Positions 39,341 through 48,803 of a DNA stretch of 64,000 bases are shown piece by piece. The position numbers and the translations under genes were made by a program. Origin of the DNA: Blasia pusilla (taxonomy: Eukaryota). Numbering within the stretch: the first letter of the stretch is position 1; the number at the start of each line of letters is the position of its first letter. The notes below the pieces were generated by a model that had not been told where the DNA came from, searched no databases, and worked only from the letters and a program-made list of their open reading frames with translations. The DNA lies in NCBI GenBank assembly GCA_050084515.1, contig CM114271.1, forward strand, positions 49,228,001-49,292,000, given 5' to 3'.

Positions 39341-40715
39341 TTACACAGGACGATTAGGAGACTTGTAATCGTAAGCTGGTGTAGGATATCGATTTGGAAC
39401 CCGAGGAGAATCGGAAACTCGAGCTGGAGGTGCAGAGTATCGATTGGGAACCCGAGGAGAATCGGAAACTTGAGCCGGAGGCTGATAGATGTCCACCGGA
39501 GGAGAATTGTAAATATAAGTAGGAGGACTAGGAGAATCGAATGCACGAGGAGGAGACTTGAATTTGAAATCCGGAGGAGGAGGAGAGGTGTAAGGCGGAG
39601 GAGGCGACTTGAATTTGAAATCCGGAGGAGGAGGAGAGGTGTAAGGCGGAGGAGGCGACTTGAATTTGAAATCTGGACGAGGAGGAGAGACGTAAGGGGG
39701 AGGAGGCGACTTGAAGATGAAACCCGGCTGAGGAGGAGAGACGTAAGGGGGAGGAGGCGACTTGAAGATGAAACCCGGCTGAGGAGGAGAGACGTAAGGG
39801 GGAGGAGGCGATTTGAAGATGAAATCCGGCTGAGGAGGAGAGACGTAAGGGGGAGGAGGCGATTTGAAGATGAAATCCGGCTGAGGAGGAAAGACGAAAG
39901 GGGGAGGAGGCGACTTGATGACATCTGCACGAGGAGGAAAGACGAAAGGGGGAGGAGGCGACTTGATGAAATCTGCATGAGGAGGAAAGACGGAAGGGGG
40001 AGGAGGCAACTTGATGAAATCTGGACGAGGAGGAAATACGAGAGGGGGAAGAGGAGGAAATACGAGAGGGGGAAGAGGAGGAAAGACGGAAAGGGGAGGA
40101 GCAGGACTAGTAGAAGCGTGGTCGTGCTGCGGTGCTGGAGCAGGAGGATTCGACAGTAGTGATGTAACTGGCTGGTGCGCTGGTGATTTAGCTCGTGGTG
40201 ATTCTGAAGGTGGAATAAGCTGGGACGCTACATCACACACCAAAAGATTATTAAAAAAACGTCTAAAAGTCAAATTGGTGAAGTTCAAAAAGATTTGTCT
40301 CACGACACCGATCAGCGAATAGGATATCACCTTTGCAAGTCGAGTTGTAGGTCTGTCCACTGGGAATCTTGCCGCATTCATCAGGGAGAGCGCAAAGCTT
40401 TTGAACATCGTACTCCGGGTTCTTCAGAGCAGCCGTATATAAACAATCATAGGAATACTCTCTTACTATGTCACAACATGGAGACCAGAAGAGAGGGCTA
40501 GTAGAAGCTTCTTTCACAATGAAACTTGCACACGCCGCAAAAACAATGATGGAAGCACATTCTTCTGACAAAGATACATGTCTAGAGTTTTGATCTTTTT
40601 CCCATGAATCGGACTCATGGTTCTCTTCCCACGGGAATTCGAAACTGGCTATCCTAATGGAGCAGACAAATAAACATACCAACACCAAGTCAACTTTCCT
40701 CCCCATTGTGCTCAT
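39341..40715 (-). CDS. Secreted chimeric protein: signal peptide + nsLTP-like 8-Cys domain + extensin-like SPPPP repeat tail (exons 40715-40331 and 40227-39341, about 423 aa)
   Basis: Hydrophobic N-terminus and Cys scaffold C-x8-C-x17-CC-x9-C... A 103-nt GT..AG intron (40330-40228) in phase 1 joins ORF 40263-40718 in frame to the Pro-rich ORF 39341-40408. Confidence 0.85.
39550..40035 (-). repeat. 48-51-nt coding tandem repeats (KSPPPP[F/Y]x[S/F]PPxPDFxF)
   Basis: About 9 units visible in both DNA and protein. Confidence 0.95.
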
Positions 40716-41885
40716 CAAGGAAACTCTCTTTGAGCGACTAGAGATGACTTGAGCGACTAGAGATGAGAAGTTTTGATTGACTAAAGAACTAATCGCAATG
40801 TATATTACTCACGCATCTTTGGGACAAAAAATGTAATCTATTTCAAAATTCTATTGTAAGTATCTGTGCTACAATAGATTTAGTAAGGTAGACTTCAAAA
40901 CGTAATGGATCTGAATTGGAGTGCATGTGAATTTGGGATACTTGAAAATGGAGTGGATCTGAATTGGAGAAGTGCCAAATAGATTCGTATATTTCAAAAC
41001 TGAGTAGATCTCCCCCGGTTTTCAAATTAAAAAGCCGTATACGAAAGTACCAAATCAATCTCGTTTATAAACCTAATTTTCGAATTTCAAACAATATTTA
41101 CAATCCAAATTAATCTTACTGGTAAGACAATTTTGTTTTGTGTTAACCTCTACGAAGATCTCCAAAAACGGTAGGCACCGAAATAGAAGATCTGGTTTCG
41201 CATCCATCGATACAACAGGACGGAGAAAAACAACCGTTTCCCTTAGCACCTCCAATAAAAGCCACAACCACGCCCTAGTTTTTTCGTTGGACGCAGCAAG
41301 GAAATCATGCGGTTAAGTGGTACGGACTAGTCCTCAAACTGGATTCTTGGACAATCAGAAATTAAAGAAAAAGAGAGTTCCACAGGATCTCCGGAAAACG
41401 CCCAAATTCGACGACTATTTAGCGGAGTACTGTCCAAAACTTAACCGATTCGAAGATTTCCTAAACCGGTGTGAAATCAACTAAACATCTTTCTCCAATC
41501 ATTATATATAGAGTGTTGAGCTAGTGAAGCACCAAAAGAATAGAGGAATCGAATAAGATTGGTTAATGTAACTGCAGAAAAGTTGTGTTCAGTTTGGGCT
41601 TATCCTAGTAGCCGTTACTTTTGAGCTCTCACGTAGAGGACGAGAAAAAGTGGTCGAGGCGACTTCGAATTGGAACCCGTTAACCATGATTCCCCATAGG
41701 GCTGCGACTATATATGGGACCCTTGTGCAACCATCAACATTCAACCATCTTCATTCCACTGTTCATTCCTCACCGTCAGAGAGAATTACTATAGCCAGCT
41801 GTTGGCAATCTCATTTCCACTAACGCTTTCTGCCCGAAGTATCCGAAGACTCACGGAGAAAATTTAGCTTTCACCGGCTGAAGGT

Positions 41886-42594
41886 ATGGATTCTAAGAGA
41901 CTGCAGTTGGTGCTGCTGCTCGCCGTATGTATGGCTATGGTAGCATTAGGCTCAGCGATCTCGGAAAACCCCGAGGGCGAAGAGGCCCATGCCCCGAATT
42001 GCACTTACGGGATGCCAGCAGGGCCCAAGGACGAATCCGAGCCTACGCCTGATAGGTGCGGCCCGCTTGGGCGTTTCCGCGCATGCGCTCCCTTTGTAGA
42101 GAAGGGCACGAAGAATGAAAGCGCAGTCCCGAGGAGGTGGTACCCGTACTTCTTCCGAATGAGGCACTCTCTCTGTTGTAGACTAGTGAGAGAGGAATCT
42201 TTTGAATGCTTGTGTGATATTGTGACGACGAAATTTTACGATTTCGAGTTGGACGTTCAGAAGGCCCTCGAATTGCCAATGAAGTGTGGCAAGAAGATCC
42301 CAAAAGGACTCATGTGCGATGGTATGTACACTTTATATCTCCGCGTCGATCACTATCCTAGTGCGTTTAGATGTGGCCCGATTCTACCCAGTAGCTATGG
42401 TCACGTTATCGCATTCTAAGTCTGACTGCTAATTTGCATATACCTCAAATGGTTTTGGACATGCTCCTAACAAGCTTAGACGTACGATCCCGAAATTTGG
42501 AATAATACTTTTGATGTGGATCCATCTCACGAAATTCGGGCGCCTGTTTCATGTGCGTGACGCAGGGAAGTTGGTGCCGAGTCCAGCCTTTTGA
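41886..42594 (+). CDS. nsLTP/protease-inhibitor/seed-storage 8-Cys secreted protein (exons 41886-42321 and 42566-42594, about 154 aa)
   Basis: Signal peptide and scaffold C...C...CC...CLC...LPMKCGKKIPKGLMC. Donor G|GTATGT at 42322; acceptor GCAG| at 42565 gives the C-terminus CDGKLVPSPAF*. Confidence 0.88.
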
Positions 42595-44699
42595 AAGAGC
42601 GGACCTCGACAACGTACGGGATCCAGAAATGTGGCGTACTACTTCGTGACAATGCGGGAGCTTAAAGCTTGCGCGGGCTTGCACGTTGTGTTGGAGGTAC
42701 TAGCTAAGTACCAGCCGGAGAGGAAGTGATCTTTTTATAGAACATCTGTTCAGTAACGTACTGAGCGTTTCCTGTATGGATAATTTCCCCAGGAAAAGCT
42801 CTCATCTGATGATATAGGTAGGTGCAGAGCACATTAAGAGTTTCTTAGTATTATCGAGTGCTCGTCCGTATACACTGTGTATCCACCCCTGATTTGCACC
42901 TCTGATTTGTCTGAATATATGCTGAGACATTTTCTTTGGAAAAGATTGTGACGATACTTCTGAGGTCCGTGAAGTCGTCGATGAATAGATAGTGCACAGA
43001 ACTTGGAATCCAGTTCCATGTTCCAATAAACGCATCACATGACATCTTCGCTTTGACTCAAGTATCAAGTGAAATATATGTCGAAAATATGCAACACCGT
43101 CTAACACCTTGGTTATCCACCTGCTAAAACCATTCTGATGGGAAAATGGAACGGTGGAAGAGATTTGTCGAATTACTCTGTTATATCATGTATCTCTAGT
43201 TAGCTAACCGTCCTCCCTGTTCCGCTTCTCTTTCTCCGATCTGCCCTCCAATACCTTGGGTTTTACTGATGCCTTAAATGTGAAGAATTAAAAAAGTCAC
43301 CTTTACCTGAAATGATTCTTACATCGAAATATTGGGAATGTTCAACTCAGCCGATGTTTAAGTTCATTCATGATGAATTAGAAAGTTCAAAGATTCAGAA
43401 TTTGTCGTTCATACTGGAGGATGACTCTTTCAGCCTCCGACCGCAGCGACAGCCAAGGAGTCGTTGATGCAAGAGGACTCCTACCTATTTCTCGCTCAAA
43501 TAATACCAGATAAGCGTCATCTTGTCTCATTGTACCAGGGTTCACAATTTCTGCTGAAACAACGTACCAAAATCATGATAAATCTAGTGACGATGAACTT
43601 GCGTTGTTACACAAGGTAAAGAGGTTCTTTCTGCGGAATTCCATTTCTGATTATGGCAGGTCATCATTGCCGAGATACCGAGGACTCTGGACTATCAGGC
43701 GTTGAGTGGATCAGATCTCACTCTATGGGATTGAATGATAAAGTCCATCTAGTGACATCTTTAGTCGACTTCCTAGAAACACACTTGACGATTTTTAAGT
43801 GTAAACGCTAGTTTATGCACCCTTGGCGAATAGAAACAACCCTACCCCTTACCTTTGCGTTATGAGGTAAGAAAATTCCAAATCCTATTGGTTTGCGGTG
43901 GAGGTTGAGGGTTTTCCACGGTCATGAAGTAAGAGACTGCTGTGAAACAAAGAATGCGTCTCTCCACTGGAGAACGCGCAGGAGAGTATATTCATATTCA
44001 ACTGATCACAGTTCAGGAAGACTCAGAATGTGGCAATCTCAGAAAATCAAAACACAGGGCTCCCAAACAACAGCAGTCAAGATTCAGAAAGAGATACCTG
44101 AGCACACCTCGTAAACTCATTACTGGTAAGTAAATTTCTTGGTCCTCGCACTCTTGAAAACACCACAATCAAGATGATGTGTCTACCTCAGTTCGATGCC
44201 AGCGCAACCTGAGGGTTGTGGCATACTGCGTAGCACAAGTTGTTCAATCTGTCTTAGGAAGCGAATCGTATAAGCCCCCAAAACGCGAAGGATGTCTTAT
44301 ACTTTGACTAAATTTTTTATAAAGGTTGCTTTGTCTCTACATGTGGTTGTCAATAGCAATTTCGGATTCGTGTCCAGGTGGATATTCGTGGTGTCCTGGT
44401 GGCGCACCTATCCAGTCTCCGTACATGACATTTGTAATATCTATTTGACCAGTCCAAATGGTTATTTTTCTTCATGGCTTAAGATGACCCTTCGGAATCA
44501 CATACAAATGAACACGTGCAGGATAAATTATGAAGGTGTTAAATTATGATATCTAAAATTTATATCACATATTCCGTCCAACCAAAGAATCTTATGTCAC
44601 TTAAAATTCAGGATTCCCCACGGTTTCATCTTGTAATCTCCCCCGTCTACGCGTCCCCGCCACCAACCTATCCTACTGCCTAAACCACTTTCATGTTTC

Positions 44700-46270
44700 C
44701 ATCGTAGGCTATGCTGATTTTGACTTGGGAGGTTTTCAAAAGGCTTTTCTTCATCTCTCTAGTTCATCCTCGGTCAAGGATGGTTTTTGAGCATCTTCTC
44801 CATTGTTTTATCTCGGCACATTCACCAAGTGGTTTTGTCTCTCCATAAAAGATGTGTGCACATATTATGGTAGATAGTCTCTCATTCTCTATCTCTAGGC
44901 TCTTATGGGTTTGTCGATTTTTGGATATGGATAAGCCTTATTCGGATCAACCCCTTGGCTATTGGAGAGGTTTTATGCCGCTTGGTTAGTAGATCCATGT
45001 GGTTGCAATTTTTTCTTCACTTTAGTGCCCACTTATTTCCTCATCAATTTGGAGTGGTGGTTGTGAGGTTGTGGTGCATGGGATTTGCTCCACTTGGGAT
45101 CCACAATTTATCTTTCCTATTTATTTTGGAGGGGTTGGGTTTTCCTCCCCAGTTGCATCTCCTCCAACAACTTTTTTGGGGAGTTGGGCATTGGTAGCAT
45201 GGATTAATTATGGCCTGAAGGTTTCTCCAAGGAGATACACCTATATATTTTGATGGATTGTGTTGTCTATGTAGAGGAGGAGGACCTGTTATTTCAACAA
45301 AAACTGCACAATCTCTTCTTTCTCTTGCTGCATAAAAAATTCTAGCCCCTTTCATTGAATTGATTACGGAAGGGCTTGATCAAATTGAAAAGCACATCTA
45401 TGAGAATTTGTACCAAATCAAAATTTCCACCATTCTCCGAGGCATCCTCTAACACTCATCGAGCTCGGTTGTGTTCATGTGCGGGTACCAGAGCGGGGGC
45501 ATAGCTTACTGAAAATCTTGATATTCTTCCATTTCGTCTGCATCGAAGTATATTCTCGGCAGCTTTACGGTTACGCCTTGGACTTCCCCATCCTTCTCTC
45601 TTAGGTATGCTGAATTGCATATGCAGGGATCCCATTCATGCAAAGAGTATCCATATTCTACCATATGCACATAGTGGAGAACAAATGGCCACACGTGATA
45701 TCATTAGAGAGGTGATAGCATCGATGGATTGTACTAGGAGGTATACTGTTGGGCAAGAGCACCTATATATCCTACCTTCAACCACACAAGCAACCTCTCG
45801 TCGGAGAGTTGATCTTGTTATGTCTTGAGATGGATTCTAGACACTAGGTGATGTGGTGGTTTCTCATCCAACACATTCTGATTTTGGTGTGTTGAGTCGC
45901 ACTTACTAAATATTCGGCGGCCAAAGCTTCAGCAGGAATCAAGGAGTTAAGTTATGTCGTGAGACAAGCGACTGATGGATTCATTCCTTTTGCAATGGAA
46001 ATATTGGGTCATTTACATATGTCTTTTGATACTTTCCTGAAAATCTTTTCTTACCATTCTCTCGATAATCATCACCTTGCCCCTTCCCGTAGTCCTTCTC
46101 TCTCCGTAGTTACTATTTACTTTTGGAAATACATCTGAGTGGCCTTACAATTTGCACAAGCCTTGGTATTGATACGTAGTGCGAAGGTGGTGGGGGATCG
46201 TTCACCTCGTTGTCCAATCAAATTTGACCAATCACTAATGTTCTTGTCAGATTTGTTATCAATTGTGTAG
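44700..46270 (+). mobile_element. Degenerate non-LTR retrotransposon, CRE/R2-like (RT fragment + restriction-like endonuclease)
   Basis: RT-like LAIGEVLCRLVS...HLFPHQFGV. RLE-like order: ATRDIIREVIA, QEHL, RRRVDLV, TLGDVVVSHP, AAKASAGIKELSY, FIPFAMEILG. Most of the RT core is missing. Confidence 0.7.
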
Positions 46271-48803
46271 CTCGTTCAGTTCGTGTTTTCGTTGGCTTGT
46301 TGCAAATTTTTTTTTGCATTCCATTGTGCATTTTTTGACTCCTCTTTTGACATGTTATTACCTTTCTTTATCCTCTTTTGAGGTTTTTTTTCATAATAAA
46401 GTGAATATTTGCTTATTTTAGTTAGGATTGTTAGTTGGTTATGGATTCTTTTCATTAAGAGTTTTGTGTTTGATGAGTTAGGAACAGTTTGATGACATGA
46501 GTTTAACAATAATGAAGAAGTCGGACCACCCTATAGAAGTCTCTCTTCCATATGATATGAGTGATCTACAGTTCTTGTCTATCAAGTTTTGGACAAATTT
46601 ATGAAATTGAAGGGAAAGCATGAGCAAATGTGTATTGAGCATTAGAATACAATAAGATTTGGAAAGGATAATAAGACATAAGAGAAACATCAATTATGGA
46701 AAACCATATGAAGCAAGGCTTATAAATTCATAGTGGTTAGAAAACATCAAGAAATGGACTAAGTTAAGAGGTTAATATGATTTTTTTTCAACCCAGAAAA
46801 ATTGAGCCCCCTTTTGGCTCTCCACTAACCGTGTTTCATAATATTGGCACAAGCATCTCGCCATCCTAGCATGCAAGTAAAGAAAATGCCCAATTAGTTG
46901 AGGGTTTTTATTATAGAAGGGAGGGATATTCACACCATACCATTAGCCAAATGCATGCTTTGCTTAAGTCAAGTTGCCTACAAAGGTTGCTTTGTAAAGC
47001 ATTTTATAGGCATATGCATTGTCTAAAAATGTTATTAATTTATATATAGTCCCAAAAGGTGACTATATAAAAAACCCTAGTCAAGAAGACTCTACTCTCG
47101 TTTTGCCATTTCAAAATTTTTTTCATAGTTTCCGAGTTGAGTTTGTACAACTCTATTATAGCTTAACACAACTTTACAAGTCAAGATTGATGCAAGTGTG
47201 GAAAACCTTGCTCGCAAATAGGATTGCAAGCAAGGTTTTGCATAAGCCAAATATTTTTCAATTTCTATCACAAGACTCCCAAATATAAAATCCCAAAATT
47301 TCATGAATTTGGATTGAATATTTCCCAAATTTTGGAAACCAAAAACTCAATTTTTATTCCATAAATTTCTCAAAAATTCCATGACAAATATTAATCCTGA
47401 ATATTTTTCTAAGACTTTCTTATGCACTAATTGACCATAAATAGTAGCTATCCAAACTGACACTTCGTGGTTATGGCATCTTGCATTTGAGTCAAAAGAG
47501 ATTTGCTATTAAATTTCTTAGAGTCATAAATAGGAAGTTATCTTCCATTCGTTAATAAAGACACTATAGGATAGGATCCTTATTTGATGCTTATAATACT
47601 GCTAGATGAAAAGCGAGATGCATGGAAGTACCTAACAGAGTCAAGATGGGGACACCATTTGTCCATTATGTTTGAGAGTCACGTGGGTGCTTGGGAGTGT
47701 AGCGAGGACAAGAGGTTATATTTTCGTTGATTCCTTTGGCACGAGGCCTAAATGACAACCATAATACGTCCCCAAAATTCAAATGGTAGCTCAAGCTATG
47801 AAAATTCTAATATGTTTGATAGTGAGCATACAATCATAATCTTTCCACGACCTACGTAGGTAATTTGTCACAAATGCAGTTCTTTTGTGGGCTTAAAGGT
47901 AGATTCATGGAGATCGTGCATGAGTGCTCCAAACCTGCGCAATTGCATGTACTTCTAGTTCACATTCGGCTCATAGGGGTCAGGCGGAAGTTACTCTTGA
48001 TAATACATTTGGCGATGACTCTTTAGATTCTTGGTACGATCCTAACGAGGATTCGACCACCTCTTATGAGGAGGAGCACTAGAGGAGAAGAAGATGGGCG
48101 GTGGTTCATAATCCATATGCTTTGTCTCCATGATATGCTCCTATCACACATGAGTTGACAAGTTGTACCCGGAAATCTAGGGATTAATTGGAGGGATGAG
48201 GTTATAGCCCTCGACTATGAGATGGTAGTAGCAAGTGACTAGAGAACCTTCTATACATTTTGACTATGAGTCATTGGTGCAGCGCATTAACAATTTTTTG
48301 AATAAAATGAAAGATCATTCCTTTCATGGCATTATTTTAGCATAATTTACCATCCTTAATTGACAATTGATAATTTATCATGGTCTCTTTAGGGGTAACT
48401 TGCCAACCTTTGCCACTACTTGTAAACTCATTCTTACCACTTGCATTCATAAACGTTACGTCGTTACCACCTTTGGAAAGTGGCTGAACATATTTCGCTT
48501 CTTACAAGATGTGTTAACTTGAGGGGGATTAGGGGAGGTTAATGAAGATCCTATTGACATGGTAAAATTGACGTCCCTAAGGCTTTGGGTGGTAAGAACA
48601 TTTCTCGTGAGCACCACAAGGGAAATGATTTACCATGCTTGGGGAGAGGTACATCTACCCTCCTTGAGAGAAGTAAGAAATCACTACCACCCTTACGGTG
48701 GTGGTAAAGTAACTTATGACTAGGAGGTAAGAAAGTTTATCCGAGAAGTGGATTTGCATCTAAATCTCCCGTGTGTGCATGATCGCGACTCTTAAGCTCG
48801 CTT

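Noticed and set aside
39550-40035. Regular repeats resembling a CRISPR array
   Set aside because: Contiguous in-frame coding repeats with no unique spacers, in eukaryotic context with no cas genes.
39169-40159. Arg-rich ORF 39470-40159(+) and Leu/Ser-rich ORF 39169-39978(-)
   Set aside because: Antisense and alternate-frame shadows of the stop-free Pro-rich repeat.
43660-43810. Alternative downstream exon 2 for the LTP-like gene
   Set aside because: The nearer acceptor at 42565 gives the expected G-x-x-V-P C-terminus; this one yields an unrecognisable tail.
43893-44133. CCETKNASLHWR resembling a GATA finger
   Set aside because: Lacks CxxC spacing and the CNAC half.
46300-48740. Possible decayed DNA-transposon fragments and ggtaa/ttacc-rich repeat
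   Set aside because: Too degenerate to define motifs, TIRs or TSDs by eye.
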